Positions 51,096 to 62,316 of a stretch of 64,000 bases of DNA are shown piece after piece. Numbering within the stretch: position 1 is the first letter of the stretch; each line of letters opens with the position of its first letter. The position numbers were made by a program, and so were the translations under genes. Where the stretch lies: the NCBI GenBank assembly GCA_950097015.1, contig CATNEN010000010.1, positions 1,488,001-1,552,000 on the forward strand, written 5' to 3'. The stretch comes from Macrostomum hystrix (taxonomy: Eukaryota; Animalia; Platyhelminthes). The notes under the pieces were generated by a model. The model worked only from the letters and a program-made list of their open reading frames with translations. It searched no databases and was not told the origin of the DNA.

Positions 51096-53098
51096 ATGAG
51101 CAACGGCGTCGAAGATGTCAGCAGCCAGGCAGCTGGGAACTCCGGCTCCGCTGCGATTGACGACTGGCACCGTGTTGCCGAGGAGACCCGCATGGCCTGG
51201 ACAAAGCGGCGTGCCGAACTGGTCCGCATTCGAGACCGCGAGGCAGCAGAACGTCGAGAAGTTCTGGACCAGATGGAACGCAGCTTCCAGATGGTGGAGC
51301 GATTCCTGCGCAACCGGAAGACCCGACTGGCCGAGTCACTCGATGAATTGGCAGCTGCCCGTGCCGAGGCCATTCGGGAGGAGGAGGCACGCGCCGACGC
51401 TGCCGACGCCGCTGTCACTGATCTGCTCCAGCTTCTCGACGAGCAGCCAGCCGAGTCAGCTGGTGAAGCCGCGGCCGCCGCTGCCAGCCTAGCTGCCGAA
51501 CGACCATCGGCCCACCCGAGTGAGTCAGACTCGCTGTCCTTCTACCCGGCTGAGCTGGACCAGCTGCTCAGCCGGCTGCACCTTGTGGGCCTGGTGGTGC
51601 TGGGCGGTGTACAGGCCGCGAACTGCCGCCTGCTGGAGGCTGGCGGGGACCTCCTGCGCACTTGCCCCGTGGCTACTGAGTGTGTGGCCACAGTTCTGGC
51701 CCGGGATGCGCAGAACCAGGCGGTTGACCCGGCAGCCCTTGCCAGTGTCAGCTGCACTGCCAGCATCAGCTCGCCCTTCGAAAATTCCTACTCCGTGGTT
51801 GTGCAGCAGGAGGGCGACCATCTCCGGGTGAAGTTCCAGCTGGACAGACCTGGCGTCTACGACCTCAACGTGAAAATGCTCGGCGAGCACATTCGCGGCT
51901 CGCCGTTTACGGTGCACGCCGTGGCTCCAGAGAACGGCAGCAGCAGCGCAGTTGGGGGAGGCGGTGCTGGCAGGCGATCCACGCGGCCGGTCAGCTCGAG
52001 CCGCCTTCCTGTCACCAGCCGAAGCGTTGGTCCTGTCCGCGGCTCAGCGCGTTCGCTGACCAGTGCAGGCAGCAGTATTGGCGTCGCCACCTCTCTCCGT
52101 CGTTCTGTCAGTCGAACAGGAGTCAGCCGACGCACCGTTGCAGTGTACGGCGATCACGGCGACCCAGACGACCTTATTTTGCGTGTCGGCGCCCGCGGCC
52201 GCGGGCACGGCGAGTTTAGCAACCCACAGGGAGTCCGCGTTTCTGGGCGAACCGGACGCGTGCTGGTTGTCGATGCCAACAACGCCAACGTGCAGCTTTT
52301 CGGGCCCGGCGGTGACTTCGTCAGTCGTTTCGGTGTTCGCGGTCGTGACCCTGGTCAAATGCAGCGCCCAGTAGACGTGGCCGAAGCTCCAGACACCGGT
52401 GACATTTTCGTCAGCGACTACGACAGTCGCTGCATCCACGTGTTCAGCGCAGAGGGCCGCTACAAGAAACGGTTCGGTGGGAATCGACTGGCCGGACCGA
52501 AGGGCCTCGCTGTGATGACGGACGGCCGGGTGGCGGTGGTTGACAACCGCGCCTGCTGCGTGCTGGTGTTCACTCCTGCCGGCAAGGTGGAGCGCCGATT
52601 CGGCAGCCGCGGCGTGGCGGAGCACCAGTTCGCCGGGCCGCACTACATCGCCACGACGTCGCGCGACGAAATTGTGGTGACCGACTTTCACAACCACTGC
52701 GTCAAGGTGTTCGACAACCAAGGCGCCTTTTTGTTCGTCATCGGCTGTACGGGCCGGGAGGCCGGGCGGTTCAACGCGCCAACGGGTGTGGCGGTGGACG
52801 CCAGGGACAATATCATCGTGGCGGACTGGGGCAGCTCATCTTTGCAGGTGAGATTCTCGAGCACAGTTCAGTAAGTCTCAGGTGCCAGATGTTCTCAATG
52901 CTCACGCCTGTTCCCGTGTTGCAGATCTTCAATAGCGAAGGCCGCCACCTGCACACAGTGAGCACCCACGCTGACCAGCTGTACGGACCGCAGGGGGTCG
53001 CCTACCTGCCCGAGTACAACCAGCTGGTGGTTGTTGACACTGGCAACCACTGTTTTAAAGTTTACAAAAACCTGCCCATTGCGCAGGAGGCGGCCTAA
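51096..53098 (+). CDS. TRIM2/TRIM3-like protein: coiled coil, filamin repeat and NHL propeller (~641 aa); no RING/B-box seen
   Basis: Exons 51096-52847 and 52925-53098. Filamin HIRGSPF; NHL motifs GPKG..V, VVDNRACCV, FAGPH, TDFHNHCVKVF, FNAPTGVAVD, IIVADWG and LYGPQG are typical of TRIM2/3. Start codon uncertain. Confidence 0.85.
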
Positions 53099-53489
53099 GG
53101 CTCCCAGCTACCCCTATTTCTGACAACTGATTCATCGATATTAGACAGCTTAAAATGCTTCCATTGCTTTTCCAGTGTATTGCAGATAATAGACTTTCCT
53201 CTGCTGAAGCAGTCTAGTCTTCAATTTTGCTGCTGCCACTATAGCCATCTGGTATTGCCTTGTATTCCTATAAAGTAGTATAGCTAGTTAGCCACCTACA
53301 ACTTTGACTAATATCAGCTAGATCTAAAATGATTGATTTGCAGCTCAAACTTTTATCGCTTGCACTACTCTGACATACTGCCTTCGCTCTCCACTGCTTC
53401 CTACAGCCTGTCTTCCATGTAGGCTTTGTCTGTAACTTGTACCATCATGTTCTGATGGATTTTGTCTCCGGTTCCCGCCATCTCGCCTC

Positions 53490-53822
53490 ACCTGTCCTGT
53501 TCCCTCCTTTCCATTCCCTGCATCCTCTCCCCTCCCCTCTCCATTCCTTGCATCCTCTCCCTTCCCCTACCCATTCCCTGCATCCTCTCCCCTCCCCTCT
53601 CCATTCCCTGCATCCTCTCCCCTCTCCATTCCCTGCATCCTCTCCCCTCCCCTCTCCATTCCCTGCATCCTCTCCTCTCCCCTCTCCATTCCCTGCATCC
53701 TCTCCCCTCCCCTCTCCATTCGCTGCATCCTCTCCCCTCCCCTCTCCATTCCCTGCATCCTCTCCCCTTTCCATTCCCTGCATCCTCTCCCCTCTCCATT
53801 CCCTGCATCCTCTCCCAAGTCT
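53490..53822. repeat. Pyrimidine-rich minisatellite, ~25-30-bp unit CCATTCCCTGCATCCTCTCCCCTCCCCTCT
   Basis: About 11-12 tandem units are directly visible; the ORFs over it are low-complexity artefacts. Confidence 0.9.
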
Positions 53823-54539
53823 CCCCTGATTCCTCTGTCCTCCTGTTCAAAATGTCCAGTATTTTCGTCAGTAATATTGGTGACTAATTAATCGACCGAA
53901 GCGACATGTCACTGTCAAAGAATTCTCCCACTTTTCTATGCCTGAGCGGCGCTGAGCTCCACAGCAAAATCTTCTGCTGTCTTATATAGCGCTTCGCTGG
54001 TTGTGTTTTTCTTTGAAATATACAGTAGCGAATCTACTGACAGTAGTGCATATCACATTTGACATGTTTTCTCTACATATGCAAACTTATATATGAAAAG
54101 CAAAGAAAATGGCTGACTCGCCATCAAAACTTGCCTGGCTGTTCAAGTTATAAAAAATGTATTCAAAACAGTTAGCCAATTCAGTATACTCGTAGAATAG
54201 GAATGTATATTTTGTTATTCTTTCTAGAACATTTTCGGACTGTCAGTGCCAGCGACAGACCAGCTTGATTGAGGCTTCGAGTAAGTAAAATAGAGAGCAT
54301 TGGAAACAATGTGGCTGCGGACTGTAAGTAACACGGTGCCGCATGAAACAGTGAAGACATTGAAGTCTGCAATCGAAATTAAAACAAATCTAGCGATTGT
54401 ATGGGTAAGTCAAAACAGTACTTGCTTCTAGACGCACTTCTGCTGTGAATAGCAGGTCTGCAGGTAGGCAGGTACGGACGGATCTGTGATTGAAAATAGC
54501 TATTTCTATTAACACGACGCTTCGATAGGATACCAAGGA

Positions 54540-54865
54540 TTCCTCATGGAAAAGTAGAGCATTCCTCACAGGAAATCATGGATTTCCTGAAAGCGAATTA
54601 AAGATTCCTCAACGGAAAATCAAGGATTCCTCAAACCAAAATCTACAATTCCCGAAAGAAAAAATCTGGGATATCTTGATGAAAAATCAAGGATTATTAA
54701 AAGAATAATCAAGAATTCCTAAAAGAATAATCAATAATTCCTAAAAGAATAATCAAGAATTCCTAAAAGAATAATCAAGGATTCCTAAAAGATTAATCAA
54801 GGATTCCTAAAAGATTAATCAAGAATTCCTAAAAGAATAATCAAGGATTCCTAAAAGAACCAAGG
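54540..54865. repeat. Tandem array of ~22-bp units (AATCAAGAATTCCTAAAAGAAT)
   Basis: Degenerate GGATTCCTCA-core units at left and near-identical units at ~54705-54860. Confidence 0.8.
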
Positions 54866-55257
54866 ATTTCTTTAAGAGAGGCAAGGGTTCCTCTTTGAAG
54901 CATGGCGGGTTCATCTCGTCCGTGCTAATGTCTTGTGCGCTGAAAAGTACCTTGGAATCAGTACAGGCAAACCAGTATAGCGCTCTATAACTGGCTATAG
55001 CAAATTATAGATCTAACAAGGACAGGCGAAAAAATAGCATAAAAAATCCAGGATAAGTTAATTGAATATTCGCAGGGCCCGCTGTTCTCAGATGAATTTT
55101 AATTAGTCACTAAAGACAAACTATACTTAAGAGGCACGGCACTACAACAAGAAGAAGCAAAAATACCAAGTCTCGACTTTTTTATCCGCGCAAAAATGTA
55201 CATTTCTCTTAGTGAGCAGCAGCAGTTGCAGAGCGGTCTTCGAGTCTGAGGTTTCAA

Positions 55258-55384
55258 TTACCGACCGGAGCCGCCTTGGTTGGACGATGAAGCTCGGAGG
55301 CTGCCCCGGCTACCAGGCCGCGCGGAGCTCTGCGCTGATTGGTTGCTCGCGGCCAGCGGGGTTCTGTCGCCCCCGACTGTCGCG

Positions 55385-55468
<84 letters not shown>

Positions 55469-58400
55469 CTGGTCAGGGAGTTGATGCGATCCTTGCTATT
55501 GAGCTGCTCGCTGTGGCGCTCCGCTCGGCGCACCCGCTCCTCCAGAGCGCGCAGCTTGGACTCCAGGTGCTGCACGTAGTTGTCCGAGTTCTCGGCGCCT
55601 GCCGCGGCCCGGGCAAGGCTGCTCAGGCTGCCGCTGCTCAGCCGGGTAGCAGCTACTGCGGCGGGTCCGGCTGATGCGGCTGCTGCGGACGCTGCCGCAA
55701 CCGGGTGTCCCCGGCTGGGCAGCAGCTCGGGCGGTGCGGCGCCGGTGCGGTTGAAGAGGGTCTTGCGCAGGCCGAGATTCTCCTCACGTAGTGCGCGGAC
55801 TCGCTCCTGCAGCTGGGAGACCACAGCGCTGGAGGGATCGTAGCCGCTGAGCTCCACCTGCAGCAGTTGGGGAGGGTTCAAGTCCAACGTACTCTTAAAC
55901 TAGTTTCCTCCTGCCTTCACCCAGCGTCACTCACAAAATTTCGGTCCCGAGCCACTTGGCCCGGTGCCACCGTCACCGACACCGGGTGCGGATCCGCCTC
56001 CTTGCGGAAGCTCTGCAGTTCCTGGTCCTTGGAACGCACCGTGTTGCGCAGATCGCGGATTTTTCTGAAATGAAACGTGGAAACGTCAGCTGTAAATCAC
56101 GAAGGACAAAAGAGAAAACGTACCAGCGCGTCACTGAAACACTCCGGCTGCTCACTTGTCAAACTCTCGCCGAAACTCCTCCTGCAGACGGACGGCTAGC
56201 CGCTCCGCCGTGTCGCTCTTCCACTTCTTCATATTGGCGCGCAGCTCGCGTACCTCGGCCTCCTTCTCCTTGACGCTCGCCTCCAGGCTCTCGTTCTGCG
56301 CCTTGGCCATTCGGGCTATCTCTGCCATGTGTTCACCGATCAGCCGTTCTCTCTGCGCCTGCAGCTCGGCCGTCTTCTCCGCTGTTAGGCGGGCCGCGTC
56401 GTCTTCGCGCGACTTTACCTCCTGCGCGAGGCGCTCGCGGTGCTTCTGGCTCTGCAGGATTTGATGCAGGTTTTTTGCTGTTCATTCGGTTCTAACTGAC
56501 GCATCCCAAAAGTGGGATTCGGTCGAATATTCGGAGATCCAACTAACCTGTTCGCGCAGTTCATTGACGTAGCTCCGCAGCTCCTCTCCACAGGCCTCCA
56601 GGTTGGCAAGAGCTGAAGTCACTGGATTGGTTCGATGCTCCGACGGAGACGTCGGCTGCTCCGACTGCGACTGCCGATAGCTGCCCGGCGCCACCTTGCG
56701 GGGTGTCACACCTGAAGGTCATGATAAGATGGCCGTAGTCAGTAAATCATACAACCATGCAACCACACAGCCACCTCATTTGTCACACCTATGTCACTCC
56801 TCCTGCCTTACTCTTAACACACGCCTCTTTCCTTAAAATCGACTCACTCTTCAGTCGCGAATTCATGACTCATAATTCATCACTCACCCAGCACCTGCGC
56901 CATGCGGCTGCACTCCGCGTTAACCTGACCAACCACGGCTCTCTCGAGCTTTTCCAGCAGGGCCGCGAGCTCTGCTTCCCGCCTCCCGGACTCCTTCAAT
57001 TCGGCGCGCGCAGCCGCCAGGGCCGCTTCGGCCGAACAAGCTCGCCCACGTTCCCGCTGAAGCTCTTCAAGGGCGACGCTCTCGTACTGCTCCCGGACGC
57101 TGCGCACCTCCCGGGCGACCTCCTCGCGAGCGGAGTCGCGGGCGCGGCTCACGGCTGCCTGCTTCTCGCGCTGCGCTGCCTTTGCGGCCTCGCGTTCTGC
57201 TTCCAGCTCGGCGCTGACTCGCTCCAGTGCCTCCTCCAGGCCTGTTGATGCGAGGCAAAAAAGTTCAGTTAGGCAAAGCATTGACCTAGCACAAATTAGT
57301 TAAGCGTTAACATGTTAAAAAGAAAAATGCTCACTGGCAATTGTCTCGCTCTTCTTGCTGCTCTCGGCCTGCAGACTGTCGATAGTCTTTGCAGTCTCCT
57401 CCTTGAGTGCGCCGAGCTCCCGGCGCCAGCGCTCCGAGCTGTCCTTTTCCCACTTCTCCTTCTCGCTGCGCACAGCGGCTCGGAGACGCTCGCGAAGCTC
57501 AGTGCGGAAGTCCTGCTCGGCAGCCTTCGCCTCCGTCTCCTTGGACCTGATATTGCGGAGAGTCCAATTTGTGAGAATAACATCTGAAGCAGTTAGGTCT
57601 TCGCTCCAAATACGAGTACATGGATTTTTTTCTATAAAGTTAGTCATTAGTCATTATATGTTTTACTATACATAAGAGCGCATTTTATAAAATCTGAACT
57701 TCTACATATATGCTCGTATTTTTTACATCCGTTTTTTGGTTGTCCAGCATAGCTACCCCACTTGCCACTTTCAGCGGCACAAAATTTATTTTATACCACT
57801 CTCTGCAAATACCCCACTCCCTGCAGCCTACTCGCTCCTTACAGCCACCTTATTCCTTGCAGCCACCTCACTTCTTACAGCCACCTCACTTCTTACAACC
57901 ACCTCATTCCCTGCAGCCACCTCGCTCCCAAGAGTCACGTCAGTTCCTAGGCCCAGCAGTCGCGCACTATCCGAGTATCGCCAAGGCTACAGGCCAAGGC
58001 TACTTACTTGAGCGCCTCCTGCAGGCTGCGCAGCTCCTCGTCCTTGCTAGCCAGCTGGAACTCCAGCTCAGTGGCGTTGCGCTGCTGTTTCTCTTGGGCG
58101 GCGCGCAGCTCTTTAGCGGCCTCGAGCTGCCAGGCGGCCCGCTCCCGCGTCAGCCGCTCCTCGGCCTCCTTGCGCATCTCCTCGCGCACGGATTCCAGGC
58201 GGCGCTCTGCCTCTGCGCCAGTTTTCTGAAGATGTCGCTCGGTCTCGCTGATGAGGTGCGTCTTCGTCTCGGCCTCGTGACCCAGTTCCTGCTCCAGGTG
58301 GGCGATCTGCTCCCTGCAAGTTGTAAGGAAATGCTTGGGGAGTCTTATGGCGTCTTATGATGGTTGCTATGGAGACTCTGACAGCGGCATCTAATTTAAT

Positions 58401-61400
58401 CAATATCAACTCACCTCAGCGCGCAGTTGATCTCGTCTTTTCTAATGAGTTCACCTTGGAGGCCCTCCACGGACTCCTTCAGCTGCTGAATCTGTCGTTT
58501 GAAGGCCAGCTCCTCGTCCTCAGTGCGCCGCTGAATGTGCGCCAGATCCGCCTGCATCCGCTGCTTCAGGCGCTCAACTTCCTCGACTCTCTCCTGGGCA
58601 CGGCCGATGATTTGATACAGGATGTGTATGTGTATTTGAGTTCTGACCCGAACGTTCACACCCACTACAGCGCTCACCTTCTCTGTGACCTCCTTGGCCC
58701 TCGCGAGTCGCCTGTTGGCCTCGGTAAGGTCGTCCAGACTGGAGCCGACGACGCGCAGCTTCTCGTCCATGTCGCTCAGCCGCATCTTTAGCGCGTTCCG
58801 ATCCTCTGTGGTCTCGGCGATCTTGGTCAGCGAGGCCTCCAGCTCCTGGGGTGAGTTATGTAATTAAGATGTGGAAGGCGAGACTGCATGGTACTAGATT
58901 CCTTGAACCGCGAGCTGAATGTGACTCACCTCCTCGAGCGCGATGACCTTCTGCTGCGCCATGCTGGCCTGAGTCTGCATCTCCTCCCGGGTCTGTGTCA
59001 GCTTCTTCTCCAGCTCATATCGCTGGAACTCGGCGTCCTCATTCTGCCTGATGAGCTGGTAGAGCTCGTCCCGCTCGGCCAGGATGTTCTCGATCTCCTC
59101 CCGGGCGATGCCGATGCTTTCCAGATCCTGCAGCTCCTTCATCCGGCTGCGGCACGACTCCTCCATGCGCTTCAGCTGCTCCTTTTTCTGATGCAGCTCA
59201 TCGTTCAGGCCGTCCAGCTCCTTGGCTGCAGCGTCGCGCCGCATCTCGGCCAGCATGAGCTCCGTCTTGGTGTCCTCAGCGCGCGACTTGTTGTCCTTGG
59301 AGAGCTTCTCTGATAGCCGCACTTCAGCCTGGTGCTTGCGCAGGCAGTCCTGCACGTAGTGCAACTCGGCCAGGATTTTCTGCGGTGACACAGAGTAGTA
59401 AGTTTTTTCACATTAAGCACATAAATACTTCTAAGGTAAATTGAGATTTTTCAAGGTACATGAGTGCTTCTGAGGTGCATGAGTACTCTTAAAGTACATT
59501 TGTACTTTTAAAGTACGATTTTTTTATATATGAGTACTTTAAAAAAGCTTGAGTGCTTCTAAAGCATGCAGTTTAAGCAACAGGATTTTCAACGCTCTTA
59601 TCGTTTTCAATTTACATGTTCAGTATTTGAGCATTCGTTGTATAATTAAGTATTAGAGAAAAATTTAATGATTGACTTTGCAATAAGAACGCGTTTCATT
59701 AATTTAATTTTTTCGTCGAAGAGTACGTTAAGAAATAATCGCATTTATCTATGCTCACCTCTTTCTCCTGCAGGGTCTTGCGCACCTGAAAGTTGAGCTC
59801 GTCCAACTCGTGCACCTTGCGGTCCAGCGACTCCTGTGTTGATTGATTGCATGGCTTAAATGTGTCGGAAGTTTTCAGAAATTCTCTTGTCATCTACTAC
59901 TCTAAGTAGCTACGTGTATTCGATTTACAGTACGGATTGAGATAATGTGAAACACTTTGAGTATGCCATCTTAGTCCCCAGCTCACCCTGGGAGTGATGG
60001 GCTGCCGCAGCGGCGAGGCGGACCTTTCCCTAGCCAACCGCCGTCGCCGCTCCTGCTCCAGCTCGCGCTGAATCAGGCGCGACTGGTAGCGGACCTCGTT
60101 CGCGAACTCCTCGTCCTCCATGGCGCAGTCCTCGGCTGCCGCTGCCGCTGCTGCCGCCGCCGCTGCTTCCTCTTCGAGTTCCTCGCGGTTTAGGCTGCAG
60201 TTGGGGATTTTTCAACTATTAACCATAATCGCAAATGAATAATAATATTTACACGAGCTGGCTGGCACCGCCACATCATTTGGTGGACCCGCAGCCAGCG
60301 AGGAGGCAATTCTGCCTATTCCACTGACTCCCTCGCACACACTCACACTTTCTCATCGTCAGGCTGTGTACACTCTCACTGTGCCTTGGGGGTTAGCCCT
60401 CATTAGGGTAAATAGCACGACAAGCCATAGATGCAGTTGTGGCACAGAATAATTTTTTTTGTAAAGAGTAGGCAATTACTGAACTCACCTCCTGCTCAGA
60501 GAAACCTCCTTGATTGGCGAGATTCGAGTCCTGGACCGGCTGTCGCTAACTCGGCTTGGAGATAGGCGCCTCCCGGCGGTCAGCGAGGTCACCCTTGGTG
60601 CCGAGGGTTTCTGGCCCTCTGTGTTGAAAATATATTTTCTTCTACTCAGATCATGAGTACATTAGATAGCTTGCATTCTACTCAGATCATGAGTACATTA
60701 GATAGCTGACATTCTACTCAGATCATGAGTACATTAGATAGCTGACATTCTACTCAGATCATGAGTACATTAGATAGCTTGCATTCTACTCAGATCATGA
60801 GTACATTAGATAGCTGACATTCTACTCAGATCATGAGTACATTAGATAGCTGACATTCTACTCAGATCATGAGTACATTAGATAGCTGACATTCTACTCA
60901 GATCATGAGTACATTAGATAGCTGACATTCTACTCAGATCATGAGTACATTAGATAGCTGACATTCTACTCAGATCATGAGTACATTAGATAGCTGACAT
61001 TCTACTCAGATCATGAGTACATTAGATAGCTGACATTCTACTCAGATCACGAGTACATTAGATAGCTGACATTCTACTCAGATCATGAGTACATTAGATA
61101 GCTGACATTCTACTCAGATCATGAGTACATTAGATAGCTGACATTCTACTCAGATCACGAGTACATTAGATAGCTGACATTCTACTCAGATCATGAGTAC
61201 AAAAAAACAAAGAGTCAGTCTTTTGCGACTACTCACCCCGCAATGCCCTGGCCTGCCGCAGCTCAAGCAGCCGCCGCTCGGTTCTCTCTGTCTCCGAGTC
61301 AGACAGCGGGTCGATTGTCGGAAGTCGGCTGCCGCCTACAGTTTGATAGTGTTGGTCGCTTTTTAAGCTTGTTAAGCTGCTCAATAAGCAAATTCTTCCT

Positions 61401-61680
61401 TCGCAATTAGTGATATTTGCCAGCGTAGAAGAAGAATCTCATTGTGAGTGTGATTTTTTATTTATGCCTTCTGTTCTCGCAGAAAATGTGCTCAACTATG
61501 CTCAGCGGCCGCCGCAGTTTTCTGTCCTGGCATTTGTGCACTGCAACTGCAGCTGGCTAATTGTTTGTTGTGCTCAGCACCTGCTGTCCGCCCGCTTTGA
61601 ATAGTTCCTAGATTTCTGCCCGCTCTCTCAGACCAGCAGTGGTCTGTCTCAAAGTCTCTCGTTGTGTTGCCTGTCGGCAT
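55258..61680 (-). CDS. Large multi-exon coiled-coil protein with C-terminal polyQ; family not recognised
   Basis: At least 13 GT-AG exons encode E/K/R/Q/L-rich heptads, e.g. 61335-61237, 60618-60489, 60194-59991, ~59378-58930 and a last exon ~55858-55258. Phases were checked only for the 5' exons. The start at 61680 is tentative and internal boundaries are approximate. Confidence 0.72.
55387..55467 (-). repeat. Pure (CAG)27 coding repeat giving a polyglutamine tract
   Basis: 81 nt of uninterrupted CTG on the + strand; lies in frame in ORF 55258-55887. Confidence 0.9.
60270..60430 (-). mobile_element. SINE copy in an intron of the coiled-coil gene
   Basis: GGCTTGTCGTGC, CCTGACGATGAGAAAG and GGCAGAATTGCCTCCTCGCTGGCTGCGGGT on the reverse strand. 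Confidence 0.7.
60641..61200. repeat. Intronic 36-bp tandem minisatellite, ~15.5 units
   Basis: Unit ATTCTACTCAGATCATGAGTACATTAGATAGCTGAC repeated head-to-tail with rare variants and no spacers. Confidence 0.95.
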
Positions 61681-62316
61681 GAAAAGAGCGCGGAGACTCG
61701 AGCAGTGGCGAAGTTTCTTAAAGCTGCTTTGACAAATTTTCTTCATTTTATTTCTTTGCATAAAAAATTCTGTCTCTCCTCGGGGCCAAATTTTGTTCTG
61801 CCTCAGTTTTGCCTGGCTTGTTGCGCACCGCCACCCCCCTCCGCCAGTAACGGGAGGCTGGGCGAATGTTTAGCGAATTCGGAAGCAGCTCTGGGGCCGC
61901 GCTCCGTTGCACTGGTTATTTAGCGGTCCCACTTGTTGCTATAGACCGGCTCTAAGGCAACACTCGACCCCTGTCTGACTGCCTTCTACCCCCATCTGTC
62001 AAACTGGCCTGCAGTTTGGACATGCTTGTTCTCAGACAGACTCGGTGCAGTTGTGTTTCTGCATTTATTAAAGCACAGATTCTTTCGAAAAAAATGGTCA
62101 GTATTTCTCAACGCTTAATGCGGCTAACAGGCATTTTTTCTTAACCTTTGACTTTGGACAAATTCGATATTTGAGTATTTGGACTTACACAAATCAACAA
62201 CTACTTATAGCCTGGCTAAGGTACATTGCAGCCATTCTCTGATGAATCCAACTTTGACACATCACGGGGAAATAAGCGAAGCATGCACAAAGCCTAGGAA
62301 AATCTGGGTAGGTCCC

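Noticed and set aside
53437-53887. Several Pro/Ser-rich or Gly/Glu-rich ORFs
   Set aside because: They translate a CT-rich minisatellite in all frames; no coding signal.
55212-55674. PolyAla, polyCys and polyLeu ORFs on the + strand
   Set aside because: Antisense readings of the (CAG)27 tract in the minus-strand coiled-coil gene.
60641-61200. 36-bp palindromic direct repeats of CRISPR-like length
   Set aside because: No spacers, no cas genes, and the array lies in an intron of a eukaryotic gene.
55258-61680. Naming the coiled-coil gene as a centrosomal or golgin family member
   Set aside because: Only generic heptad composition is visible; I recognised no diagnostic motif.
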